Of a stretch of DNA of 64,000 nucleotides, positions 13,631 to 27,429 are shown one piece after another; the first letter of the stretch is position 1, and the number at the start of each line of letters is the position of its first letter. The translations under genes and the position numbers were made by a program. The notes under the pieces are model-generated. The model was not told where the DNA came from. It searched no databases and saw nothing but the letters and a program-made list of their open reading frames with translations. This stretch comes from Octopus vulgaris (taxonomy: Eukaryota), in the NCBI GenBank assembly GCA_951406725.2, contig OX597817.1:64232001-64296000 (forward strand), read 5' to 3'.

Positions 13631-13657
13631 AATGATAGATTCGTATACTTTGGTTAA

Positions 13658-13857
<200 letters not shown>

Positions 13858-13858
<1 letters not shown>

Positions 13859-14602
13859 TAGACTACCTATAACCCGTTGGGTTCAGTTTATAAAACATTG
13901 AAATTGCTTTCAGCATTGCATTGAAATGAAAGTTAATTTTATGATGATTCAGTTAAATATTTCAGTTCGTTCGTGTCATCATAGGTCTGGTTTACAAGCT
14001 CGTGTTTAAGGTTTTATTGATTATTTATCAGGAATGTCTCTCCTGTTCTGTCAATGAAAATCAATGCACATGTGGTCCTCTCTAAACTGTCGCAAGCAAA
14101 GTCATACACATCTTTTTGCTCACAATTCAACAGAAGGTCCTTCTCTTCTACAAATCGTCTTCGTTCTTCTTTGCTGTATTGCAACTCATGCAATAATCCC
14201 AAATTGCCAATATCCTGATTAGCGACAATATTATTTGGCGTTGGTAAGTTAAAGTCACTAAGACTTTTGCCCAGGTCGTTGTCTTCAAGATACAGAAGAC
14301 ATTGATCACAATGTCTCTCGCTAATCAAAAGGTTAGAGTTTCTTCACTTTCAGGGTTATGTTACTTTCGAAGTATTTTCCCATTATGCACTGTTTTGGCT
14401 ATTTATGAAAGTACCCCGCAAAACTGCGTATCTCGGGAATCCGTGGTCCGATTTACGCAAAACTTGTTTCATTCCGTTTGTATTCACATTCCAGGGGTAC
14501 CTTAATTCAGAGTATTTTCCTATTATTCACCGGTTTGGGTGTATTAAATTACTGACAAGCACACAAGCAAGCAATCACAGAGTTTTAGTAGTAGTAGTAG
14601 TA

Positions 14603-14605
<3 letters not shown>
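13858..14605 (-). mobile_element. Internally deleted Helitron retaining a Rep/Hel (PIF1 helicase start) fragment
   Basis: ORF 14014-14328: GKSLSDFNLPTP...LNCEQKDVYD...IFIDRTGETFLIN (decayed Walker A, IDAPGGTGKTFL type); Helitron-like 5' end (tact)n-aaaac and 3' cccaacggg hairpin. Confidence 0.8.
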
Positions 14606-14662
<57 letters not shown>

Positions 14663-15543
14663 GTGTGTGTGTGTGTGTGTGTATACTGAGAATAAGAGAG
14701 GGGAGAGACAAAGAGGGAGAGTGGGAGAGATAGATATGTAAATAAATAAATAGATATGTAAATAAATAAAAGGCAACTTTTATGCATGAAAATATTTTCT
14801 AAATACAGTAGGGTCACGTGTTCGAACCCAATTCATTAACCAAATTGTTTGTTACATGAGTTATTGAAATACATATAAATAGGGATAAACCGTTCCAATC
14901 CACATCCAAACTCCACGTAAAATTGCTGTGAACAAGCTGACAGGCAAAACTCTGAGGAAGTGAATTGTATTTCAACCTAAGAAAATATCTTACTCAACAA
15001 ACGTATCGAATTCCATTGATGTTTGTTGATTAGAGAAACAATAATTAGCATAACACACACGCACGACAAAAAGCAAGTATGAAGAAAGAGTAAGAGAAGA
15101 GAGAGAGAGAGAGAGAGAGACAAGGTGGTATAGAAACTGTAGAAAATCCGCTGGCCGTCGTTAAATTAGACGTTCAGAACTGCCCGTTAGTTACCGATAT
15201 GGATTGTTATTTCCATCCACTGTAACTGAATATTGTTGCTAAGACACGGGCAACGAACTGTAGGTAGCTATATTGTTGAATAATAACTTAATAAGGAGGT
15301 AAGTGATGATGGTGGTGATGGTAATAAATTGACATCTACTATTACACACACGTACATATCTACATACACACACACAGAGTATTGTTAATCTTGTTAGAGA
15401 AACATCTATTGAAGCTAGAACTCTGTACATAAAGTGTGTGTGTGTGTGTGTGTGCGCGCGCGCGTGATGATATTGGAAAATGTCCCCAGAGTATCTTCTG
15501 CATGAAGAAAACATAGTCCAGAGCAGACTAGCATACTTATTGG

Positions 15544-15690
15544 CACTAGCGTAGCTAGAGTGCGCCGCCCAGAGCGGCCCTTCCATTTGCCGTTACCGGA
15601 CCCAACAAAGACACATATTGCCTACAGCAGATCCAAAAGTGCCGCCCGGGGCGCACATCCTCTATCGCCGCCTCCCTAGTTATGCTAGTG
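15544..15690. mobile_element. hAT-like MITE
   Basis: TIR cactagcgtagctag / ctagttatgctagtg; imperfect 8-bp TSD cttattgg/tttgttgg; shares ccaaaagtgccgccc with 47781-47944. Confidence 0.7.
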
Positions 15691-16681
15691 TTTGTTGGTA
15701 CAAGGCAAAAACAATTTTTCGTTAATTTTTCATTAATTATTATCATAATTAGAAAAAAACATCAATGACAATTAACGTCAATGGCAATTCTTGTCAAAGC
15801 AAACAAGGGAGATAACTCTGAACTTTATATTAATTTAAGATTAATTGAAAATTTGCAGTAGGGAGTGAGTTTACTTATTAGTAGGTACACCGAAAACTTG
15901 GGACATTACATCTCTTAGAGAAATATGATCTGACAACTAATAACCAGATCATTAACTGCATGCTAAAAAAAATTTATTACTGCAGAAGTAATTTCATTTG
16001 ACGAAAATGGATGCAATCCGCAGAACCTTCACCAAAAAGAATTTTCGTTGCTGCGTCTCATTAGTTATCTGAAGAAGATCAAAGCTCTGAGACTTCTTCT
16101 GAAGGAGGAAGAAAGAGTTATGAAGTTATATACACCTTGAAGATCGTGAAATAATTGGCACTCTGATATTGCAAGCTTAGAAAATCCCCTATTTCTGCGC
16201 TTCTCTATTATACCAAAATTTCCTCTTCTCTCCTTCTTAGGATCAGAACCAAATACTGCGTGTCTGTGAGGGTAGTAGTATATTATGCATACTTCTAATT
16301 TGGACACTATTGAACTTGTGATATCTTGGCGTGGTTTATGCTATATGTGAGGAAGATAAATCAAACCTTTTGCACTTCGAGAAAGGGAGGTTTGTTGGAC
16401 AACTTCATAAAAGGCATGAGTGTTGGTGAGATGGGAATTTCTGAATATCAAGAGTCAAAGAGTGTTGGATCTCCAAAGTTTCACTGGCTTTGAATCCAAC
16501 CTCTTTGTCTCTATTGGGGATAAGCTTAAATATTTTTGTGGCTGGAAGAAAGTAAACCTCTCAAAAACAACCACACCATTTACCTCTCATATCTCTGAGC
16601 CAACAGGATGTTACTTTCTGTTCCACTGTTACTAAGCAAGTTAAAGTGCGTCCTAGTTGCTCTTCTCCATTAAATGAGCTA

Positions 16682-17370
16682 TCTCTCTCTATATAAAACT
16701 GAGAATGTGTGTGTCTGTCTGTCTGTCTGTGTGTTGCCCTAAAACTTGAGAACTACACAAACAATTTCATTCAAATTTTACACATGCCTTACTTAGGGCC
16801 CGGGGAGTGTCATCGGTAAAATTTTTTTTTACCTTTTTGCCTAGGGCGAGCCCACAGCAATATCATATCTTCTCCACTACGATTCCCTAAAACTTGAGAA
16901 CTACACAACCAATTTCATTCAAATTTTACACATGCCTTACTTGGGGTCCATGTAGTTTCATGGGCAAAAAATGTTCAACTTCTTGCCTAAGGCGAGCCCA
17001 TAGCAATATGATATCTTCTCCACTATTTCCGTATTACGTGTTAAAAGTGAAACAAAAACATTTCTCTATTTTATGTCAGATACTTTCACTTTAACAATAA
17101 AAATTAGAGATAATAATAACAATTGAATTATATTTAGTAAGTAATAATTAAAATCAAACTAAAGTATAATATAATCGTAACATAACAAAAGTAAAAATAG
17201 CAATTGGTATAAAATTGCATCAGTGACTTGAACTTGAATAAGTGGTTTCACATGAATGGGAATAAATTAAATTAAATCAACTGCGTACTGCTTTTTGATT
17301 CACCGTAAGGTTTGTTGTTATTATTATTACTGTTTAACTATTGTTATCACGTTTGTTGGTTCCTCGTAAG
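16682..17370 (+). mobile_element. Helitron-like 5' portion with a ~148-bp internal tandem repeat
   Basis: TC...tatataaaactgag start plus (TGTC)n; ccctaaaacttgagaactacac... repeated at ~16737 and ~16885. Confidence 0.65.
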
Positions 17371-17414
17371 GGAAACGTTGTTGTGTTGCATTTGTTAAAT
17401 AATTGTAAACTGTA

Positions 17415-18050
17415 ACCCTCCCTCTTTGGGAGAAAGAGCTTTGGATATTGTTTAAAAATTGAATTGTGTTCATGTTTGGAAAAAATTGACAATATTTTCA
17501 CCGTTTACACGGAAGCATTTTTTGTTAGAATGCCTTCGATAGAAGAAAGTCCAAAAATGAATTTCGCTGCAGCCGTCGGCGGGCGCGAACTCATTAAAAT
17601 TAAAATGGAAGAAATACAAACCTATTTCGGATTGATCACCGACAAAGACGGTGAATCTAGGATAACACCACCAAACGAAATAAAAAATTAAATTAAAGAA
17701 AAGTCTATTGTCTATAAAGTATACAATGTAGAGAAAAAAAAGAGATTTGAACGCCTGGAGAAAAGCACCATCGAAAAGTGTCTTGGTGCGACTATGAAAG
17801 ATATCTAACCAGAGGCGGTAAATTCGCCACAATAGAAGCAAGGTTCGAGTCAACGGAGTGTGCAAGGGAGTACTCGACTCGAACCTTGCAAAGTGGAAAT
17901 ATTTTCTTTTTACCTTTATATCTGGGACGTAGGACGTCCCGGATAAAAATTAAAAATGTCCCCCCAGAAGTAGAGGTAGGCTGGATTGTAGAGGGAGGAT
18001 AAGATACAATTGATCGAAATTGCAAGAGATGGGCCTACAATTCCAGTCTG
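17415..18050 (+). mobile_element. LINE ORF1 5' fragment (frameshifted), paralogous to 29540-30019
   Basis: RYLTRGGKFATIEARF...YLGRRTSRIKIKNVPPEVEVGW vs EYVTRGVKYARIEVRF...YLGRRTSKIKVGDIPLEVDPAW. Confidence 0.75.
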
Positions 18051-18224
18051 TTATATATTTTGAGAGTATTGTTATCACTAGCGATATCAAGATATAACTT
18101 TGTATTTTGTATTTTATGTGTAGATGAATATATATAGAAGTACATGTAATATGAACACATATATATACACATATATACATGCACTAGCACTATGACCCGG
18201 CAACGACGGGTCATAATATATGGA

Positions 18225-18512
<288 letters not shown>

Positions 18513-18513
<1 letters not shown>

Positions 18514-19684
18514 TCTCTCTATATATAAACGGCAGTTTGTCTGTCTGTGTGTCTGTGTGTCTGTCAGGTTGTACCCTCACCCTGACCACGGCTTTCAACC
18601 GATTCTGATGAAACTTGACACACACACATAGCCCAATGTCATAATTCAAAACTAACGCAGCGAAAATTTAGAAAAGTTCCCCCAGTTCTGAAAATAATCG
18701 ATAAATTCGACATGGGGTCGAGAATCTAAGTTTTTTATATGCAACACATTTTCTGTTGTAGTTTTCGCAACTTGCAATCGATTTTCACCAAACTCATGGT
18801 GAAGCTTAATGTTACCCTGAGAAACTTAATTCTGCCGTTAGTTTTCCATGCAATACCTTACCATCAGAAAAAATCGATAAAATCATGCCATTTTGGGAAA
18901 TCGCGTTCAAATTCAAGATGACATATTTTCGACAATATCTTTCACAAATTGGCAGCAATTTCTTTTTAAATTCACAGCGAGCATCATGTCTGCTTCAAGG
19001 AGCTATATGGCCCTTTTAATTCCAATAGGATACTTTATTACTGGAAAAAAAAAATCGGTTAATTAAATCATATGTGGCATACATAGCAAACCAATTTGTG
19101 TATTAAACACAAACCATAGACTGTCTAGGGGACGCAACTCAACCTTTTTAACTCTCGGAACACCTGGGGTAAGTATCCCAAAATGTATAAAAATGTACAA
19201 AAACGGCAAAAAAAGCGGGCAGCAATGTGAGTGACAACAACGAAAAAGTCAAAAGTGACCAAACTGAACAAACGAATGGAAAAGGTTTTTTGGTGCACAC
19301 GACAAAAGCGGTTTATAATAAACCAAGAGTTTGCAAGTAGCGTCCGAGGACCCTTAGGGTACGTCAAAAATTTAAGGTAAAACGTTTGGGGTGGTAGTTA
19401 TAAAGAAAGTTTAAACAAAAAAAGTATTCGAATAACTTGCGGCTGCAGCAGCTATTAGCAGAAGTGGGGGTGTTGGGGGTAAAGTCTCGAATGTAATTTC
19501 TTCCTGGTAGGAATTGGTTGGGTTGAATTATCGATAGCTGTTTGATAGTTATTTGGGAGTGAAGAGAAGACATTGCAACCTACACATGCGCCTTCGTTCC
19601 CTAGAGGGAAAGGACTAGATTGGGATTAGTCGTTGCCTACCAGGGGCTCTTACATACCCGGGCAACGCCGGGCTATGCTGCTAG
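18513..19684 (+). mobile_element. Non-autonomous Helitron with both termini
   Basis: 5' TCTCTCTATATATAAACGGCAG plus (TGTC)n; 3' hairpin cccgggcaacgccggg then tgCTAG-t. Confidence 0.8.
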
Positions 19685-21262
19685 TGTATTATATATCTCT
19701 GCGAGGGCGTGCAAAACCTAAGGAATGGGATGATATATATTGACATAACAGGAAATGTATTTAAGAGCGGATTATACTAGTATATGAGCTGTTTCAAACG
19801 CCGTCGCAAATAGAATACTATCGAAACACATTTAGCAAAAGAAGCCTTGGAGTAAATTCACCGATGCTGCATGTTCTATTTTAGACAGAATCCCTCTGTA
19901 CAATAATTGCTTGAAAACACTGTATTTTATATTTGAGTGAAAATATCAAATCATTAACTAACACACACCAATAATAGAAAGAACTAATAACTAATGTACG
20001 CCATTTTTATCTTTTGCTTCAACAACTACGACAAAATCCATTAAGATCGCTACATTCACCATGGTTTCACACTAGCGTCTAAGAATTCCGATCTAGCTTT
20101 TTTTCATTCGAATCTGAAAATCAGCCTAATAATATAGTTTTGCAGTCTAATTGCTATGAAGGTATGATGTTGTGGAGAAAAAAGTTAGAAAAAAGTTACA
20201 GAGATTTAAAAACCGAAAAAACTGTATATTTTTAGCCAATAGCGAGACAGAAGTTTTCTCCGTTTAGCGGAGCGGTGTCAACTTTAAGGTTGTAACCTGT
20301 GAAATTTATAGTTTAGCGTCTGTGAAATGACCTCTTCATTATAGGTTTCTAAATAAACAGAAATACTTAATTTCATTGTAGGTTTCTAAATAAACAGAAA
20401 TACAGAATAAAATCAACATGTATCATCTTACTGTTTCTTTTGTGTCCATTGACTGTATGTTTTTATTATTTAAAAAAATGTGTTATATTATATTTGTCTG
20501 CATGTGTTTACTTTATGCGTTTTTCAGTATTATGTATAGCTGTCATGTATCTGTGTACATCATTAATATATGTGTGTATGTATGTGCGTGCGTGCATGCG
20601 TGTGAATAGGTGCGTGCGCGCATTCACATACCTGTCAAGGCGTACGTATATATATCGCCCCTAAAATCAAGCAGAGCACCATTTAAGCTTTCGATCTCAA
20701 ACAGTAATTTGTAAAATTAATGATTCATTATTTTTCTCCTATCTATATGTGCTTTCACAGCTTTTTATAGACTTACAATTATTTATTGTTTCAGACTAAA
20801 AATGTTCGCTAGAACTTGGCTCACTCCTAAGTCGTCAATTATAATTTCATTCACATTCATAATACATTAAGCGATGTTTTTATAAGGAGAAAATGAAACC
20901 CCTATGTGTTGTGAGAACTGAAAAAAAGGGGTTAATTAATCGCCATCTTTGAAAAATAAAGACCATTTGAAATATTTAAAACTTATTTATCTAACACAAT
21001 GGCGCAAAAGAAAGCCACAAACTAGTCGACCATTTACTGCTTTCTGATTGGTATAATTCATTTTATTTAATGCTGCTTTATTAGCATATTTTACTTCATA
21101 TTTCAATTTATTTTTTGTGAATTTATAAAATTTAATTGTTTTCATTATGGTTTAAAATTTTGAAACAATTCAACATTTTAGTTTTGTCCCAATAATAATT
21201 ACTTTACATTATTTACATTATTTATATTTGACGGATATTTTTCCTCATCTTGTTTGTTGTTA

Positions 21263-21306
21263 ACACAACGTTTCGGCTGATATACCCTCCAGCCTTCATC
21301 AGGTGT
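21263..21306 (-). ncRNA. Minimal type-I hammerhead ribozyme with intact core
   Basis: ACAC-CTGATGA-A-GGCTG(gagggtatat)CAGCC-GAAACGTT-GTGT: stem I ACAC/GTGT, 5-bp stem II, palindromic ACGT stem III, GUU triplet. Confidence 0.85.
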
Positions 21307-21372
21307 CTTGGAGAAACTTCGAACCTGTGTTCTCATTCCTAAGGTATTTTTTGATGTTGTTGTTGTTGTTGC

Positions 21373-21873
<501 letters not shown>

Positions 21874-22544
21874 TAGGTCACTGCCTGAAATCGAACTCGG
21901 AATCTTGGGTTTAGTAGCCCGCGCTCTTAGCCACTACGCCACATGCCGTGGGCATATTTCTTTGCATACAAAATGAGTGGACAAGCAGGCGCAGGAGTCA
22001 TGTTATTCTTATTTAATTGAACCTGCAAAAGTACATTACAAAAAGACGTGGAAGCTTAAAGATGTTGCAGCTGCAGTTGGAAATGAAATACAAAATTATA
22101 TTATTTTAAGTTTCATTCAAATGTAAACGTTTACTCTCTTTTACGATACTAACTCTCGTTATGAAGAATATTCTATATGGAACGTCATAAATATATTCCC
22201 TATAAAATATACAGTGGGCGATAGGAGGAGATTGAAGTACTTGTATGTAATGGAAATGTAGCCCGTCTTTCAAAATTTTAACATGCTCAACAACCGCCTT
22301 CTGAATTTTTTCCAACTAGAGCTGAGCTGAAATTTAGTTATATAGAAATATGGCTCATCTTCGCCACGCTCGCACAACGGTTTTATCATCGGAAAACCAG
22401 GATTTTCTGTACTTGAAGAATTTCGGTATTAGTCTGGAATCCGACATTGTTGATATCCCTGAACCTGGGTTGAGCGCTTCTCTGGAAATACCCCACTTTT
22501 ATACCTTAGCAGAATGTAAGATATATATATATATACACATATAA

Positions 22545-23192
22545 TCATCATCGTTTAACGTCTGATTTCCATGTTAGCATGGGTTGGACGATTTGACTGA
22601 GGACTGGCGAACCAGATGGTTGCATCAGGCTCCAATCTTGATCTGGCAGAGTTTCTACAGCTGGATGCCCTTCATAACGCCAACCACTCCGAGAGTGTAG
22701 TGGGTGCTTTTACGTGCGACTGGCACGAGGGTCAGTCAGGCGGTACTGGCAACGGCCACGCTCAAATGGTGTATTTTACTTGCCATCTACACAGGAGCCA
22801 GTCAGCGGCACTGGTAACGACCTCGCTCGAATGTCTTTTCACGTGCCATCGGCACAAGTGCCAGTAAGGTGACGCTGATAACGATCACGCTCGAATGGTG
22901 CTTTTTACGTGCCCTCTGTACGGAAGCCAGTTGGCCGTTCTGGCAACGATCACGCTCGGGTGGTGCTCTTAGCGCTCCATTAGCACGGATGCCAGTCATC
23001 GAATTTGATTTCGATTTCACTTGCCTCAACAGGTCTTCGCAAGCAGAATTTTGTGTCCAATGAAGGGAAGGTACGCTTAAGTGGGCTGGTTACACCTCTT
23101 GCATAGACCACGAGGTTATGGTCTCATTTAGCTTGCGGGGTGTTCTCAAGCACAGCATATTTCTAAAAGTCTCGGTCACTAGTCATTGCCTC

Positions 23193-23195
<3 letters not shown>
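22545..23195 (-). mobile_element. RTE-related 3' end with long 3' UTR, internal ~50-60-bp repeats and a (GAT)n tail
   Basis: Minus strand EAMTSDRDF*KYAVLE C-terminal remnant; ggttggcgttatgaagggcatccagctgtag motif; repeated cgatcacgctcgaatggtgcttttacgtgc units. Confidence 0.7.
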
Positions 23196-23236
<41 letters not shown>

Positions 23237-24753
23237 TGTGTGTGTGTATGTGTGTATGTAGAGAGAGAGAGAGAGAGAGAGAGAGATATGAAGAAAGGTA
23301 GGAATGAAGAGAAGGTAAAAAGATAATGAAATAATTAAACGTTGATTCAAGCCAATAACTACACCATACCTATATCGGATATCCGGTTTAGTTCAAGGTA
23401 ACTATCGTAGCGCTGATATTACAGAATATAATATAATATGTTTACATGCTGCATTTACATAATTCAGCTTAAGGTAGTGGGAGTGATAGTAGCGGAAGTG
23501 GTGGTGCTGATAGTGATGTTGGTAGGATAGTGATGATAATGATGATGATGAGGAGGAGGATGATAGGAGTAATGGTGTTGATTTTAGTGGTGGTGGCAGT
23601 TGATGTGGTGGGAGTAGTAGTTGTAGTGGTGGAGGTGATGTTGGAATCGGTGGTATAGTACTAGCGATGATGTAGTTGCGGTAGCAGTGGTGGGAGTGGT
23701 GGTAGTGGTGGTGGTGGTCATAGTGGGAGTGATGATTTTGCAGTGGTTCTGGTGATGGTAGTTGTTAAAGTGGTTGTGGATTTGGGATGATGATGGTGGA
23801 GGTAGTGGCTTTTAGTCGCAGGTAAGTAGACTGTTAAGTGGAGCAATGATCAAAAGGCATTCCAGCCGTGACCATCGTGTCATATTTCAAAGCAAAATAT
23901 CTAAGACTACATAAACTTGTCTTAAGAGTGTGATTTGAAGAAGAATCGGCAATTATTTTTAGCTGGTCGAGCGACCAAATAGAAGCTTCCTCTGTCGTGG
24001 TGTGGTGTTGGCGGCAGATAAAGTGGAGTTGAAAATATTTGTTTTCGTGATGTTGATATTGCTAACATTTGTTAGTGATGGCCAGGAGCTTTAAGATTTA
24101 AGTCCAGCCTGTACATCGGTCCTAGAGATTCAGGGGGCGGGGTGCAAATAATAAAGGAACCTTCACAACCCTCTTGGATTTTGAGAGGAGTTTTTCCGGA
24201 ACAAGAAAGCTGTCTTATTTCACCTTAAAAAATTTCTTCCGGTGGCCCTGTTGGCAGCAGCGGATATTGTGATGGTAGTAAGATCAGCTTGTATCAGGTG
24301 ATCTATGATCGATAGCGTTCGAGCTTTGACCATCAAGCTTTTTACATAACTTTGACTATATTTCAAATCCCGCAGAGTACAGCTATTGCTGCAGTTATCT
24401 GTTACCCAGCAACAATCAGAAGGAAACGAAATGAAGAACTATGTGATCTTTATAAGAGAGAAGGCGAGAGAGAGGGGGGAGAGAGTGAGAGAGAGAGAGA
24501 GAGAAGAGAAACTTCCAGATAATATAAAGGATTAATTTAATTTATTTCAGTTTATTTCAATTTGTTTCCTTTTATTTCAGTATGACTATATTGTCTTCTT
24601 AAAGAGGTCGAAATTGGTAGCTGCTTAGTCAAAAATGCAAAAACTGTATTTTTTTCCATCATAAGATTCTCAAAGCATTTCTTCTCTTATTTTTTCAATA
24701 TATATATTATGTATGTATATGTATATATATATTCAATATGTATATATATATTA

Positions 24754-24808
<55 letters not shown>

Positions 24809-24887
24809 ATAAATATTAGGGAATAAATCCAAATTTACAGGGAAAAAAATCAGATTTAGGATTAAATCCAATTTTATAGTAAAATAT

Positions 24888-25068
24888 TATATAATATTAA
24901 TTAGAGACAAAACCACTATTTTGCAAAACAAACAAGGAAAGACTTAATCAATACATAAAATTTTAATAAAATTTAATCGTTTTTTTTACTTTTTATTAAA
25001 ATTTTATGTATTGATTAAGTCTTTCCTTGTTTGTTTTGCAAAATAGTGGTTTTGTCTCTAATTAATAT

Positions 25069-25074
<6 letters not shown>
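24888..25074. repeat. Perfect ~84-bp inverted repeat with a 19-nt spacer, flanked by (TA)n
   Basis: Arms 24888-24971 and 24991-25074; related sequence at 6543-6620. Confidence 0.95.
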
Positions 25075-25116
<42 letters not shown>

Positions 25117-25194
25117 TGTATGTATGTATGTATGTATGTATGTATGTGTGTATGTATGCATGTATATATATATATATTCAATATACTCTTACTC

Positions 25195-25423
25195 TTTACT
25201 CTTTTACTTGTTTCAGTCATTTCACTGCGGCCATACGGGAGCAGCGCCTTTAGTCGAGCAAATCGAACCCAGGACTTATTCTTTGTAAGCCTAGTACTTA
25301 TTCTATCGATCTCTTTTGCCGAACCGTTAAGTTACAGGGACGTAAACTCATCACTATCGGTTGTCAAGCGATTTTGGAGGGGGAGGGCAAAGACAGTCAC
25401 ACAAACACACAGACACACACACA

Positions 25424-25496
<73 letters not shown>

Positions 25497-25662
25497 GCAT
25501 ATGCATATATATGACGGGTGTCTTTCAGTTTGTGTCTACCAAATCCACTCACAAGGCTTTGGTCGACCCGAGGCTACAGTAGAAGACACATGGCCAAGTT
25601 GCCACGCAGTGGGACTGAACCCGGAACCATGTGGTGAGTAAGCAAGCTCTTGCCTCACAACC
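25195..25662 (-). mobile_element. SINE family B, full length with internal (CA)n/(TA)n
   Basis: Reverse-complement match to 52553-52897 including the gggactgaacccggaaccatgtgg head. Confidence 0.9.
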
Positions 25663-25704
<42 letters not shown>

Positions 25705-25771
25705 ATGCGTGTGTGTGTAACGGTATATATTGATTAGTTACACAATATTATGATTTGTCGGAGTCAGCAGT

Positions 25772-26348
25772 TGTAACGATAAAAATTTGTTATGACGGCA
25801 AGTTGTAAGATGTGAAAGATGAACAATGCATGAAGTTTTAAGAAAGTATTTATTTACAGTTACGTTACATAACCTTACTTTGGATTTATCAGGGTGTTGT
25901 CTCACAGTTGCTGACAGTAAATTTCATTTCTCTCGCTGACCATTATCTTTAGTAGAGGCATTCCTTGTGATCGTGATTCTATCAGTCCGTTCCTTAACTA
26001 ATTGAGTCGCCACGAGCTGCCTCGCTTAGTTGTCGCCAAGTGACTACTTGGTTCTTGCTTGGGGGTTCTTACTTTTATAGCTATCCAGAAGGATAGACAT
26101 ATCATTGAGAACAATATATTTAGTTGGTGGTCTTGTTATCTTTATTCTATCTTTTGGTGAAGTAGAAGAGGTTAGAAAGGGTCAAGTGGTGAAGACATTA
26201 TTTCGGCCTAGCTAACGGCATATGGAAAATGTAAAACTGCTGTCAGAGAAAAATCATTGTTCCACCGTGGGAAAAGTTCTGTTGAAGTATTAATTTAAAT
26301 TTGGCTATGGTGGATCGAGTCCACTTCATGCTTGGAAGATCCACTATA
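25772..26348 (-). mobile_element. LTR (gypsy-type), same family as 7621-8225
   Basis: Minus strand T(A)TAGTG...GTTACA; immediately followed by PBS-like actgctgactccgac. Confidence 0.7.
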
Positions 26349-26529
26349 TATATATTCCATCTTTAATCTCCTTTCTATCAACACCTCAAACGTAAGGTTT
26401 CTTCTCTGAAGACGGAAGCTCGTATCATCCGACGATGGAATCAATTTACAATCATTATTTTGGACTACCGAGCCCCCCAAAACAGGTGCTGGATTTGTAA
26501 TACTCTTCTTCAACCCCTTTAATTCTTGA

Positions 26530-27330
26530 TATTTTTATGCCATGAAGAATGATTAGCCCTCTTCTATTGACCAGTCTCGGACGGAGGAGTAGCAGTTTTA
26601 CGTTCATTTTCGCAATTTCATGGCAATATGTTTCTGCAGTAATGGCTTTTCAGGGTTTTAAGAAGTTATAGTGCATGAGGCCAGCAGTACACCACCAAAC
26701 ACTCACCATAACCTTCTTTTGAAGAGCTCGGATTTAGGAAAGGCTTTCGGTGCTTCATTTTGGTCCAACCATTGCGAATATCGATTTTTATTATTGTAGA
26801 GAATCCACTTTTCATCGCAAGTTACAATACGGTCAAGAAATGGATCGGTCTGGTTACGGAGAAGAAGCGACGAGCAAATTTCACATCTGCGTATTTTCGG
26901 ATTTTCATTCAAATCATGTGGTACCCATTTGTCGAGCTTTTTTGATTTTCCGATCGCGTGCAGATGGTTGCAGGCAGTTTTCTCGTTAACTTGAAGTTCT
27001 GTTGCCAGTTCTCGAGTGATTTTACGTGGATCTTTCTCAATGGCGGTCTTTAATTGACCGTCTTCAATGACAGATGGACGTCCACACCGCTCACGATCTT
27101 CAAGGCTCAGTTCTCCACTGCGAAATCATTTTCCAGCTGACTACTCACTGGCCATTTCCTCACTAAACGTTTCATTGATATCGCGAGCAGATTCAGCTGC
27201 TTTACGTCCTTTTTTGAAGTTGAATAGCAAAATTGCTCGAATATCGCGCTTTGACAGTTCTATTTCAGATAATTGTAACAACTATTTCTTTATTGCTCAC
27301 AGGAGGCCAAATATAGATGGGACGATACAA
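26530..27330 (-). mobile_element. Degraded mariner transposase
   Basis: WVPHD, FLDRIVTCDEKWILYNN and ELSLEDRERCGRPS motifs; frameshifts present. Confidence 0.9.
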
Positions 27331-27429
27331 ATGAGGGAGGGGTCGACAAAACGAATGATTTTACAAAAGATGAATAGTTAAAAATTAAAGTTAAAAATTA
27401 ATATAAATCGGATGATAAAAAACAATAAC

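Noticed and set aside
16000-16670. Possible decayed transposase on the minus strand
   Set aside because: No motif I can assign.
19990-21060. YY1-like CGCCAT and CCAAT motifs as a promoter (also CCAAT/GC box at 37015-37060)
   Set aside because: Short motifs expected by chance, with no linked exon or transcript evidence.
21875-21953. tRNA gene
   Set aside because: A and B boxes are present but there is no proper acceptor stem, and it is joined to the SINE body; it is a SINE head. The same applies to 44552 and 52553.
22690-23000. CRISPR-like array
   Set aside because: Units are contiguous and degenerate, with no unique spacers and no cas genes, in a eukaryotic context.
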